A DNA stretch of 63,235 nucleotides. Origin: Candidatus Krumholzibacteriia bacterium (GTDB lineage Bacteria; Krumholzibacteriota; Krumholzibacteriia; WVZY01; JAKEHA01). Location of the stretch: positions 1 to 63,235 of the forward strand of contig DASUGO010000103.1 in the NCBI GenBank assembly GCA_036273975.1, read 5' to 3'. The notes under the pieces are model-generated. The model did no database searches. It was not told the DNA's origin and was given only the letters and a program-made list of their open reading frames with translations. Both the position numbers and the translations under genes were made by a program. Of this stretch, positions 28,201 through 36,918 are shown one piece after another. Each line of letters opens with the position of its first letter. The stretch's first letter is position 1.

Positions 28201-29157
28201 GTCGCGCTCCTGATACTCGCGGTGGTGGTACGTCGTGCGCTCGGGACCGGCGGCCGGGGTTGCGTCGACGTCGGCCATCCGCGCGGGCGTCCCGGGCAGC
28301 GAGCCCCCCCATGCGAGGTAATAGACGTTCTTCTTCGCGCGTTCGTGGCGGTAGTACAACGTGTCGGCGTCCGGTCCGTAGAAATCCGACCAGCCCTCGA
28401 CGCCGACGCCGTAGAACACGACGCGGTCCGACGCATCGAACGTCCCGTCGCCACCCGCGTCCACCCGCACCGCGACTTCGCGCATCGCCTGGCCGGCGAG
28501 CCACGACGCCGTGGGATCGGTGAGTTCGCGTACCTGCATCCGCGCGCCAGCGGTGTAGACGCGCACGGTGGCCGGATCGATACCCGCCAGGCTGATGCCC
28601 GCGCCCACCAGATCGGAACCGGTGACCGCGTAGACGCCGCGCGTGGTCAACGTCATGCGCACCCAGTTGGGGGCGAGCGAGAACCACGGGTCGCTTCCCC
28701 CGGACCGGGGAGACGCCGGAAAGACATCGGTGTTACGGACCAGCGACTTCAGCAGCGGGTCGGCGGTGTTCGCGTCGTGGACGGTCACCGCCGGCGTGTA
28801 GTTCACCGTCACGCGTGAACGCGAAATCCCGGGCGGCACCGACACCCGGACCCAGACGACGCGGCTGCCGCGGTACAGGAACGGCTGGCCCAGCGAGACG
28901 GTGTCCGCGAAGGCGGACGCCGGCGCGTTTCCAACCGTGACGGTCTGAAATGAGGCGGAGTAGGTGCCGGTGGGAGAGATCGCGACGAAGAACGACCCGA
29001 TCTGGTTGGACGGGGAGTTGGGTGTCGTGGCCACCTCGACCACGATCTGGCCGTTGCTATCCGACACCGTGCGCACGTTCACCGCGGCATCGGTGGACGC
29101 GGCCGCGGCGTTGACGCCCAGCGCGAGTATCAGTGCAACAATCTTGACTGAACGCAT
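25273..29157 (-). CDS. porU: peptidase C25 (gingipain-fold) protein with a T9SS C-terminal domain; PorU-like T9SS sortase
   Basis: The track ORF starts at 29235. ATG at 29157 gives the signal peptide MRSVKIVALILALGVNAAAAS. C25 core: LIICHKDLRSAAEQLRTYR...VVLFGDATVDF. Catalytic His is in INYIGHGSS and catalytic Cys is in LMAFSCTVGDF. The C-terminus carries the NYPNPF-type sorting domain. Confidence 0.8.
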   Translation of the reverse strand: MRSVKIVALILALGVNAAAASTDAAVNVRTVSDSNGQIVVEVATTPNSPSNQIGSFFVAISPTGTYSASFQTVTVGNAPASAFADTVSLGQPFLYRGSRVVWVRVSVPPGISRSRVTVNYTPAVTVHDANTADPLLKSLVRNTDVFPASPRSGGSDPWFSLAPNWVRMTLTTRGVYAVTGSDLVGAGISLAGIDPATVRVYTAGARMQVRELTDPTASWLAGQAMREVAVRVDAGGDGTFDASDRVVFYGVGVEGWSDFYGPDADTLYYRHERAKKNVYYLAWGGSLPGTPARMADVDATPAAGPERTTYHHREYQERDLFSDFDYRGDGWLWVDVPRPGNNLYDLGTVDVRDIVASVPMEFRTVGLARYGSSEDTTTINTGHHATYLVRYGNATTLSTVGDLIWDAQPGERFFENGVPFRLRANFLREGSNRFYLRVPGDFNRKDKMYFAWYSLGYERRIRAISDAVGFSSPDTTGTLTFRAAGFGAQGTVYAFDVTDPWNPAGLTGLDVAAQGNGRRARFSAALSGGHRHYWVSTAGGFLTPALTRITPPDLRNDPAGPNMLIICHKDLRSAAEQLRTYRSGRLPLYTSPSVKVVTTEEIFDNFSGGLPDPMAIRNYIKFLYENSVDGNGNPRLGYVVLFGDATVDFRNNASQQPDLVPTNLYFTRITLYTMATDEWYGQLDASDQISGKGVLDVAIGRMPAETADEGRMLVNKVIAYENTATREPWRSEIVVVADDELSSFKTACETEWTDESETIVRQHAAEYLSVQKVYLTEYPQIGTVKPLSRLDLLDAWNRGALLINYIGHGSSQQMADEQVFVVSDVSQLNNGLRLPVLMAFSCTVGDFANPAGKSLSERLVLREEGGSIATITASQETYPGPNKLVDFALFDVLMPRSPEGALTPVGVGLQRAKIAAVAAASFVPFQEENNFKYNLLGDPALVLQTGRQPVHFDSPATGDTLVAGARRVLSGKVYKNGAPDTAFNGVVDVTVREPQVAREYDLRCGSAKLYYDVPGGVIYQGSADVTNGAFEISFRVPRLAATGERASASAYASAGKSDAVAAMDSVLVVVAPTLADSLALRQLDGAPRVDLGFKSGLKTVKPGDTVQARVRDQDGINILDTTNEGRQAILIDNLPVPIGVNEFFSFEHGGTDTSGVLLFPLPDLPVGKHRLVYKVSDSFGSTALDTLLFDVTDPLDYYAQAVMNYPNPFQTSTQFLFRISNRAEITLEIYTVSGKRVRRIQQVRDGGEVWVEWDGRDAVGDDIANGSYLYVATVDFVGLDRPPTVLRGKLTRIR
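25276..25554 (-). other. T9SS-type C-terminal sorting domain (FlgD-Ig-like fold) of the PorU-like protein
   Basis: The last 93 aa read VMNYPNPFQTSTQFLFRISNRAEITLEIYTVSGKRVRRI...GSYLYVATVD...GKLTRIR. Confidence 0.7.
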
Positions 29158-29237
29158 GCTACAACCAACGCACCTGCACGCGGCATGGCATCGGGACGAT
29201 ACTCCGCGAATGGCCGCGCCGGCAGCTGCTGTCACCT

Positions 29238-29411
29238 TTAAGCGTCCAGGGGTTCCGCCCGCTCGATGAGCATGATGGGAATCCCGTGTTCATTCACCGG
29301 ATACTTTACCCGGCACTTCGCGCAGACGAGATACTTCCCGTTCTCGTCCAACGCGACCTTGTCCTTGCACTTTGGACACGCAAGAATTTCCAGAAGTTCG
29401 GGACGGACCAC
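29238..29411 (-). CDS. Trm112/YcaR (UPF0434) family small zinc-ribbon protein
   Basis: A 57-aa ORF below the track's size cut-off. GTG at 29411 has GAGGAG 6 nt upstream. Translation: VVRPELLEILACPKCKDKVALDENGKYLVCAKCRVKYPVNEHGIPIMLIERAEPLDA, with the CPxC...CxxC pattern. Confidence 0.75.
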   Translation of the reverse strand: MVRPELLEILACPKCKDKVALDENGKYLVCAKCRVKYPVNEHGIPIMLIERAEPLDA

Positions 29412-29429
29412 GCGGGACTCCTCATCATG

Positions 29430-29451
29430 AAAAAAGCCGGGGGCGGCCGGC
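29430..29451 (-). terminator. weak intrinsic terminator after accA
   Basis: The minus strand reads GCCGG-ccgccc-CCGGC followed by TTTTTT. The stem is only 5 bp. Confidence 0.35.
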
Positions 29452-29508
29452 CAGGGGCGGGGATAACTCGAAACTGTTAAAGATGTTACAACCGAATTCC
29501 GCGCCCCG

Positions 29509-30489
29509 TCAAGTCGTTTCTTGTTCGTAGTACCCCATGTTGAGGTACTTCTTGAGGCGCCGCTCGCGCAGCGTCTCCGGGTTCAGGTGCATCAGGTAGT
29601 TGACCTCTTCGTACAGCGCATGCCCCAGCGTCTCGGCCGCGGCCGTCGGGTCGCGGTGGGCGCCGCCGGGCGGCTCGGGGATAATCCGGTCGATGATTCC
29701 AAACGCCAGCAGGTGCCTGGCGGTGAGCTTCAGCGCCTCGGCCGCCTCCTTCACCTTGCCCTGGTCCTTCCACAGGATGGCCGCGCAGCCCTCCGGGGAG
29801 ATCACCGAATATATCGCGTTCTGCAGCATGAGGATGCGATCCGACACGCCCAGCGCCAGCGCACCGCCGCTTCCGCCCTCGCCGATCACCACCGAGACCA
29901 CCGGCACGCGCAACGCCGCCATCAGCTTGAGGTTTTCCGCGATCGCGAGCGCCTGCCCGCGCTCTTCGGCGCCGAGGCCGGGGTAGGCACCCGGGGTGTC
30001 GATCAGCGTGATGATGGGCAGCTCGAATTTCTCCGCGAGCCGCATGAGCCGGTTGGCCTTGCGGTACCCTTCGGGGTTGGGCATTCCGAAGTTGCGGCGG
30101 ATGTTCTCGCGCGTGTCGCGCCCCTTCTGATGCCCGATCACGACGACGCGGCGGTCGTTCAACGTCATGAACCCGCCCACGATGGCCTCGTCGTCCGCGA
30201 AATAGCGGTCCCCGTGCAGTTCGGTGAAATCGGTGGCGAGGGCGGAGATGTAGTCGAGGGTGTAGGGACGCTGCGGGTGTCGCGCCAGCTGGACCTGCTG
30301 CCATGCGGTCAGGCCGGAATAAACCTCGCCGCGCAGGCGGTCGGCCTTGTCGGTCAGGCGCTTGACCTCGTCGTCCACCGACACGTTCTGGACGATCGCG
30401 AGTTGTTTGAGCTCCGCGATCTTGTCTTCCAGCTCGATGATCGGCTGCTCGAAATCCAGCACATAGCGCCGGGGCGCCCGCTGCACCAT
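29509..30489 (-). CDS. accA: acetyl-CoA carboxylase carboxyltransferase alpha subunit
   Basis: 326 aa; [13 protein letters not shown] and [22 protein letters not shown]. Confidence 0.95.
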   Translation of the reverse strand: MVQRAPRRYVLDFEQPIIELEDKIAELKQLAIVQNVSVDDEVKRLTDKADRLRGEVYSGLTAWQQVQLARHPQRPYTLDYISALATDFTELHGDRYFADDEAIVGGFMTLNDRRVVVIGHQKGRDTRENIRRNFGMPNPEGYRKANRLMRLAEKFELPIITLIDTPGAYPGLGAEERGQALAIAENLKLMAALRVPVVSVVIGEGGSGGALALGVSDRILMLQNAIYSVISPEGCAAILWKDQGKVKEAAEALKLTARHLLAFGIIDRIIPEPPGGAHRDPTAAAETLGHALYEEVNYLMHLNPETLRERRLKKYLNMGYYEQETT

Positions 30490-30525
30490 ACGTCCACCGC
30501 CCTTCGTGGTGTCCCGTCCGGGACG

Positions 30526-31284
30526 TCAGAAGCTGTTCTGATACACGATCTCGAACTCGCGACCGATGTCCTCGCCCGGGGCGAGGTTCTTCGTGAGGTC
30601 GCTGAATACTAACATCAAGGCGAGGTTGTCTCCAAGCACCACCCGGAGGCCCGCGTCCACGTAGATCCCGCCCTCCCCGTAGCGGCCGTCCTTGCGGTCG
30701 TCGTTCCACGCCGAGCCCACGTCGGCCAGAAACGAGACCCGGTCCGCGATAGTCCAGTCGGCGGCGGTGAACAGGCACGGCGCGTCGTCGCCGTCTTCGC
30801 GTTCGAGACTGTAGTTGGCGCCCAGGTGCAGCGAGAAATCGCCCGCGAAGAACGACCAGTTGCGGCTCGCAACCGCGTAGAACCCGGGTGACTTGCGCTG
30901 GTAGCGCCGGTCCGCGCCGGAGTACGCGTACCACCCCTGCGAGTCGAACCCGAGCGCGATCGCGGGCCACCGGCCCTCGTCGAGCACGCGCACGCGCACC
31001 TCGAAACCCACGTGGTCGTTGGCGGTGGGATCCCGGGTCTCGACGAGATTCTGCACGCCGTAGAAGACGCCGAGCTGCAGGCGGTCCTTGAAGCCGATGC
31101 GTCCACCGCCCTGGAGGCTGCTCTCCGGCGTCAGGCGCAGCTGCAGGCGGTACTCGCGGTGCGACAGGAGTCCCGCCGTCGGATAGCGCGCGTTGTCGAT
31201 GGGCTGATCGAAGCCGGCGCGCGCCGGCGTCGCCGCGCACGCGGCCAGCGCGCACGCGACCAGCGCGGCCCTCACGTCACGCAC
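30526..31284 (-). CDS. small outer-membrane beta-barrel protein, uncharacterised
   Basis: 252 aa. Signal peptide ALVACALAACAATPARA, alternating strands, and the terminal sequence ...EIVYQNSF. Its start overlaps the end of dnaE by 8 nt. Confidence 0.6.
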   Translation of the reverse strand: MRDVRAALVACALAACAATPARAGFDQPIDNARYPTAGLLSHREYRLQLRLTPESSLQGGGRIGFKDRLQLGVFYGVQNLVETRDPTANDHVGFEVRVRVLDEGRWPAIALGFDSQGWYAYSGADRRYQRKSPGFYAVASRNWSFFAGDFSLHLGANYSLEREDGDDAPCLFTAADWTIADRVSFLADVGSAWNDDRKDGRYGEGGIYVDAGLRVVLGDNLALMLVFSDLTKNLAPGEDIGREFEIVYQNSF

Positions 31285-34200
31285 CGATCCCCGCGGGAAT
31301 CAGCCGGACGTTGCTCGCGCCAACCGACGCGGACAGTCCGGAGACCAGCAACGGGTCCACCCGCACGCCCTGGTTGCGCGCGCGGATCACGTAGGAACGC
31401 CGGCCGCTTTCCTCGATATGGAAGAACACGCGCGAGTCGCCGGGCTGCCCCGCAAACACACCCTTCAATTCGTCCACCTTGTCCTCGCCCATGCGGTCGA
31501 GATCGATGGTGACGTGAACTTCCTTCCACGACGGCGTCTGGTCGTCGCCAACCGCCATCACGCTGTTGACGAGCACCTTGCCGTCGCCGCCGTTGCGGCG
31601 CGAGACGCGGCCCTCGACCACCACCACGCTGTTCTCTACGATGAAGCGGCGCGACTTCTCGAGAATGTCGCTGAACATCACGACCTCCGCGCTCCCCTCC
31701 GGGTCCTCGATGGTCACGAACGCCATCTGGCGCTGGTTGCGATCGGTGGTGAACTTGACCGAACTCACCATTCCGCCGATCAGCGCGCGCTCGCCCCCCG
31801 GCATGTCGCGCAGCTGCCGGGATGTCGTCGTGCGCACCATCGTGATGAGGTCGCGGTAACGATCCATCGGGTGGCCGCTCAGGAACAGTCCCAGCGACTC
31901 CTTCTCCTTCTGTAACTTTTCCTGCGGTGCCCACACGGCGACGTCCGGCAGCGGCGCCTCGTCGGGCTCCGCGGACTCCCCGAACAGCCCGAACTGGCCC
32001 CGCTCGGCGTCGCGGAAACGGCGCGCGGCGCGTTCCATCACCGTCTCCAGCGCGGCCAGTTTCTGGGCGCGGTGGCCAGGCAGGCAATCGAGCGCGCCCG
32101 ATGCGATGAGACTCTCGTAGACGCGTTTCGTCACCAGGCGGCTGTTGATGCGTGCGCACAGATTCTCGAGCGAACGGTACGCGCCCCCCTCGTTGCGCTC
32201 GGCGACGATGTGCTCGATGGCCGCCATCCCGACGTTCTTCACCGCGGCCAGGCCGTAGAAGATGCGCCCGTCGCGCGCGCGGAACTCGGGCTCGCACGCG
32301 TTGATGCTGGGCGGCACCACCTCCACCGCGAACTCGCGGCATTCGTCCATCAGCACCATGATGCGGTCGGTGTTGTCGATTTCGCTGGAAAGCGTCGCGG
32401 CGAGGAACTCGGCCGCGTAGTGCGCCTTGATGTACGCGGTCCGGATGGACAGCACCGCGTAGGCCGCGCTGTGCGACTTGTTGAAGCCGTACTCGGCGAA
32501 CTTCTCCATCTGCGAGAAGACCTTCTCCGCGATGCCCTTCGCGATGCCGCGCGCGCGCGCGCCCTCGATGAACTTCTTGCGCTGCTCGCCCATCACGTCC
32601 TTCTGCTTCTTGCCCATCGCCTTGCGCAAGAGGTCGGCTTCGCCCAGCGAGAAGCCCGCCATGTCGCTGGCGATGCGCATCACCTGTTCCTGATACAGGA
32701 TGACGCCGTAGGTATCGCGCAGGATCGGCTCCAGCAACTCGTGGTCGTAGACGATCTCCTTACGGCCGTGTTTGCAATCGACGAACGTCGTTACCATGTC
32801 GCTGCCCAGCGGACCGGGGCGGTAGAGCGCGTTGACGGCCACCACGTCGTGGAAGCCGGTGGGCCGGAGGTTCTTCAGCAGTTCGCGCATACCCGAACTC
32901 TCGAGCTGGAACACGCCCACCGTGCGCCCCGCGCGCAGCAGATCGAACGTCACCTCGTCGTCGTATGGGATGTCGTCGGTGCGCAGACGCCGCCCGTGGT
33001 TCTCCTCCACCATGCGCAGCGCCTTGTCGATCACGGTGAGCGTGCGCAGGCCCAGCACGTCGATCTTGAGCAGCCCGATGGCGTCGATGCTCTTCATGTC
33101 GTACTGCGTCGTGACTTCGTCGCGGCTCGACTTGTAGAGCGGCACGTGGTTGACCAGCGGCGTCGGCGTGATGATCATGCCGGCCGCGTGCGTCGACGCG
33201 TGGCGCGACACGCCCTCGAGCGTGAGCGACAGCTTCATCAGGCGCGCGTAGTCCGGGCTGTTGTCGACCAGCGTTTTGAGCTCGCTGATGTTCTCGATGG
33301 AATCCCGGAGCGAGGTGCCGGGCACCCCCGGGATCAGCTTGGCGATGCGGTCGACCTCGTCGTACGGCACCTTGAGCACGCGCCCGACGTCGCGCACCAC
33401 CGCGCGCGCGGCCATGGTCCCGAAGGTGATGATCTGACAGACGTTGTCCTTGCCATAACGGTCGATCACGTAGCGGATCACTTCGTCGCGCCGTTCGAAG
33501 CAGAAGTCGATGTCGATGTCGGGCATGCTCACGCGCTCGGGGTTGAGCATGCGCTCGAACAGGAGGTCGTGCGCGAGCGGGTCGACGTCGGTGATGCCCA
33601 GCGAATAGGTGACCAGGCTGCCGGCGGCGCTGCCGCGGCCGGGGCCCACGGGAATGTCGCAGCTGCGCGCGTGGTGGACGATGTCGCGCACGATCAGGAA
33701 GTAGCCGTCGAACCCCATCTTCTTGATCACGGACAGCTCGAAATCGAGCCGCTGCGTGATCACCTCCGTGACCGCGGGGTAGCGGCGCGCCGCGCCTTCG
33801 TAGGCGAGGTGGCGCAGATAGTCGGTGTTGCTCGCGAAACCCTCGGGCAGCGGGAAGCGCGGGAGGTGGAGCTCCCCTTCCTTCAACGTCACGTCGCACT
33901 GGTCGGCGATCACCAGCGTGTTCTCGAGCGCCCCGGGGTCGTCGGGAAACAACGCCGCCATTTCCGCCGGAGACTTGAAGTACAGCTCTTTCGTCGTGAA
34001 GCGGAAGCGCTTGGGGTCGTCCATGTCGCTGCCGGTCTGCAGGCACAGAAGCGCTTCGTGCGCCTCGGAGTCGTCGCGTTCCAGATAGTGGACGTCGTTG
34101 GACACGATGGCCGGGATGCCGGTGTCCTTGCTGAGCTTGCGGTAGATCTCATTGAGCTGGATCTGCGGCTCGAGCCCGTGGTTCTGCATCTCGATGTAAT

Positions 34201-34720
34201 AGTTGCCCGCGCCGAACACGTCGCGGTAGCGATACGCGAACGCCTTCGCCTGCTCGTAGCCATCGTTGAGCGCGAGCTGGGCCACCGTGCCGCGCAGGCA
34301 CGCGGTGGTGCCGATCAGGCCGGCCGAATGCGTCTGCAGGACCTCAAAGTCGATGCGCGGCTTGTAGTAGAAGCCCTCGAGATACGCGATCGACGACAGC
34401 TTGATGAGGTTGTGATAGCCCTCGAGATTACGCGCGAGCAGAATCAGGTGATCGGTCTGCGACGGTTCGCCCTTCTTGCGGCCGCGATCGTGCCGGCTGC
34501 CGCGCGTGATGTACGCCTCCATGCCGAGGATGGGCTTGATGCCGGCGCGCTTCGCCGCCTTGTAGAAATGAATCATCCCGAAGAGATTGCCGTGGTCCGT
34601 CAGCGCGACCGCCGGCATCTCCATTTGTTTCGCGCGTCCGACCAGGTCCTTCACCTTGATCGAGCCGTCGAGCAGGCTGAACTCGGAATGGGCGTGCAGA
34701 TGTACGAATGATGCAGACAT
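31277..34720 (-). CDS. dnaE: DNA polymerase III alpha subunit
   Basis: 1147 aa with the PHP domain FVHLHAHSEFSLLDGS, the motif GPGRGSAAGSLV, and an OB-fold C-terminus. Confidence 0.97.
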   Translation of the reverse strand: MSASFVHLHAHSEFSLLDGSIKVKDLVGRAKQMEMPAVALTDHGNLFGMIHFYKAAKRAGIKPILGMEAYITRGSRHDRGRKKGEPSQTDHLILLARNLEGYHNLIKLSSIAYLEGFYYKPRIDFEVLQTHSAGLIGTTACLRGTVAQLALNDGYEQAKAFAYRYRDVFGAGNYYIEMQNHGLEPQIQLNEIYRKLSKDTGIPAIVSNDVHYLERDDSEAHEALLCLQTGSDMDDPKRFRFTTKELYFKSPAEMAALFPDDPGALENTLVIADQCDVTLKEGELHLPRFPLPEGFASNTDYLRHLAYEGAARRYPAVTEVITQRLDFELSVIKKMGFDGYFLIVRDIVHHARSCDIPVGPGRGSAAGSLVTYSLGITDVDPLAHDLLFERMLNPERVSMPDIDIDFCFERRDEVIRYVIDRYGKDNVCQIITFGTMAARAVVRDVGRVLKVPYDEVDRIAKLIPGVPGTSLRDSIENISELKTLVDNSPDYARLMKLSLTLEGVSRHASTHAAGMIITPTPLVNHVPLYKSSRDEVTTQYDMKSIDAIGLLKIDVLGLRTLTVIDKALRMVEENHGRRLRTDDIPYDDEVTFDLLRAGRTVGVFQLESSGMRELLKNLRPTGFHDVVAVNALYRPGPLGSDMVTTFVDCKHGRKEIVYDHELLEPILRDTYGVILYQEQVMRIASDMAGFSLGEADLLRKAMGKKQKDVMGEQRKKFIEGARARGIAKGIAEKVFSQMEKFAEYGFNKSHSAAYAVLSIRTAYIKAHYAAEFLAATLSSEIDNTDRIMVLMDECREFAVEVVPPSINACEPEFRARDGRIFYGLAAVKNVGMAAIEHIVAERNEGGAYRSLENLCARINSRLVTKRVYESLIASGALDCLPGHRAQKLAALETVMERAARRFRDAERGQFGLFGESAEPDEAPLPDVAVWAPQEKLQKEKESLGLFLSGHPMDRYRDLITMVRTTTSRQLRDMPGGERALIGGMVSSVKFTTDRNQRQMAFVTIEDPEGSAEVVMFSDILEKSRRFIVENSVVVVEGRVSRRNGGDGKVLVNSVMAVGDDQTPSWKEVHVTIDLDRMGEDKVDELKGVFAGQPGDSRVFFHIEESGRRSYVIRARNQGVRVDPLLVSGLSASVGASNVRLIPAGIGA

Positions 34721-34756
34721 GTTGGTTGCCCGATGGAATGACGAGCGCGCCGTTTG

Positions 34757-36718
34757 TCAGCGCGCTTCGAACTGGATCGTCGCGTCGATTTCAGACCGGT
34801 TGCCGGCCCGGTCGAACACGACCACATGCACGGGTTGCGGCCCGATTATAGATTCGCCACGCAGAGCGACAATGATTTTTTTCTTCCCGAAGTCCCAGCG
34901 CGCGTAACGCACGGCCCCCGCTACGGTAACCTCGATACGCGCGTCGTCGATTCCCGACCCGCGGTCCTCCACCGGCACCCGGATCTCGGCCACCGGCTTC
35001 CCGGTGGCGTACGACGCGGGCCACGCCAGCTGCGGCGCGCCGAGCCACGGCGGCGTGTCGTCGCGCACCACGGCGAACACGCCCGGACGTCCCGACATCG
35101 CCGTAAACCCCGTGGAATCGCGCTTGCTCTCGATGAACGCCCATCCGCCGTGGCGTTCGTCCCAGCGATAGACCGCGTCGTGCTCACCGGCCCCGGCGTG
35201 GTCGAGGTGGACGGACACGGGGCGTTTCAGCACCCAGCCGGCCGGACCCACGCGTACCGGATCGCTCCGCAGCGACAACCCGCTGGTGGCCCGCGCCCTG
35301 GAAGTGACCGCGCGCGTCGCGTACACCAGCGCGTCACCGTAGAGCGCATCCGGCCCAACACCGAGTGACACACCGAGCGCCGGAAAGGCCGCCGCGCCCG
35401 CAACGCCGCGGCGCAGCCCGGTCACGTACACGGTGGCGGTGTCTCCCCCGACCACGCCGGTGAGCGGGGTGATCCGCCCCGCCAGTTCGTCGGCGCGGAG
35501 CGCGAGCGTATCGCCGGGGGCGTCGGCATTGCCGGCTCGCTCGCGCACCGAGTGTCCCGGCACCGGCACGGGGACAATCCCGAACCCATCCAGAAAGAAC
35601 GCGCCATCGAGGTCGCAGGCCAGGTTCGGCGCGCGTGAGCGCGCCGTGCGCCGCGAGCCGCCGTCAGCGGGGACCGCCTCCACATACGTGAACGCGATTT
35701 CGGCGCTGTTGCCGGCGACATCCCGGGCCACCACCCGCCCCGTGTGCGCGCGCCCGGGCACGGCGCCGGGCGTGAGGCTGCCGCCACGCACGAACGCACG
35801 GCCTGCGATCGATTCGCCGTCGCGGCGGTAGAGTTCGAACAGCGTGACACCGCGCACGCGGTTCGCGCCGGCGTTGTACAGGAGGTCCACCTCACCCGAC
35901 TCGGTAAACGCAAACCGTCCCAGCACCACCTGTGCGATCATCTCCCCGTCCGCCCATACCTGCATCTCGTACGGCGCCAGCCGTCCCGACGCGCGGTTGA
36001 GCCGGTCGATCACCGTCGCCGCCACGCCGACCTCCCCGCTGAACCGGAGCGTGTCGTCGATGGCATAGCGCCCGGGGCCGGTCCGCCGCGGGGTCAGCTC
36101 CAGCGGGTAACGCGCGCCGTCGATACTCGACGCCGCCGCGAGCGGCACGAACGCGACGCGCGAAAACGCCGGCGGTTCGCGGTCCTCGATCGCGAAGCCG
36201 GTCAGAAATGGATTCACGGCGACGTCGCCATCGCGCGTCTCGAAGTGGAGATGCGGCGCCACGGTCCCGGTCGCGCCGGAATACGCGATCACGTCGCCGC
36301 GCCGGACCCGGTAGCCCTCGCGCGCGAGCCAGACATCAACATTGTAGCGCCCGGCCGCGCGCTGGGCGGCCGCCAGTGTGTCCTCCAGTGCCGGGGCAAA
36401 CTCGGCCAGGTGGCCGTAGAGGGCCTCGCCGCCGTCGTCGAGCATCACGTGCAACGCCTTGCCGTATCCGCGCGAGGACGCGCGCATGCGCGAGACCCAG
36501 CCATCGCCGACGGCGCGGCACGCCACGCCCTCGCGGCCGTAGGTGCGGACATCGAGGCCGGCGTGGAAACGTCCGTCCCGGTACTCGCAGAAATTCGACG
36601 AAACCGCGGGCGCGAGCGGAACCGGCCACAGGCGCGCCGGACCCGCGTCCGCCAGCGCGGCGGCGCCGGCGGCGCAGAACAACGGGATCGCAAATCGGAG
36701 GAAACGCATGGTCACCAT
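34757..36718 (-). CDS. M23-family metallopeptidase with a long C-terminal extension
   Basis: 653 aa. Signal peptide; HAGLDVRT...GDVIAYSGATGTVAPHLHFE (M23 HxxxD / HxH). An alternative start is ATG at 36709. Confidence 0.8.
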   Translation of the reverse strand: MVTMRFLRFAIPLFCAAGAAALADAGPARLWPVPLAPAVSSNFCEYRDGRFHAGLDVRTYGREGVACRAVGDGWVSRMRASSRGYGKALHVMLDDGGEALYGHLAEFAPALEDTLAAAQRAAGRYNVDVWLAREGYRVRRGDVIAYSGATGTVAPHLHFETRDGDVAVNPFLTGFAIEDREPPAFSRVAFVPLAAASSIDGARYPLELTPRRTGPGRYAIDDTLRFSGEVGVAATVIDRLNRASGRLAPYEMQVWADGEMIAQVVLGRFAFTESGEVDLLYNAGANRVRGVTLFELYRRDGESIAGRAFVRGGSLTPGAVPGRAHTGRVVARDVAGNSAEIAFTYVEAVPADGGSRRTARSRAPNLACDLDGAFFLDGFGIVPVPVPGHSVRERAGNADAPGDTLALRADELAGRITPLTGVVGGDTATVYVTGLRRGVAGAAAFPALGVSLGVGPDALYGDALVYATRAVTSRARATSGLSLRSDPVRVGPAGWVLKRPVSVHLDHAGAGEHDAVYRWDERHGGWAFIESKRDSTGFTAMSGRPGVFAVVRDDTPPWLGAPQLAWPASYATGKPVAEIRVPVEDRGSGIDDARIEVTVAGAVRYARWDFGKKKIIVALRGESIIGPQPVHVVVFDRAGNRSEIDATIQFEAR

Positions 36719-36918
36719 CGGGAGTAAGAAGAACGGGTTCGGCGCGGGACGCTACCACCCGCGCCCGGGCCTGTCAAAAGCTTGTCGAGCGCGGATATCG
36801 CGCCCTTGTGCAGCCGCCGCATCCTGTGATACAGTCGCCACTTGGCGTTTTTTGATCCGCGGCGAATTCCATCCGTACAGGCCGCCGGGGGCGGCGTTCC
36901 GGGAGTTGTGATGTCGAT

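Noticed and set aside
32072-34711. 879-aa plus-strand ORF
   Set aside because: It is antisense to dnaE.
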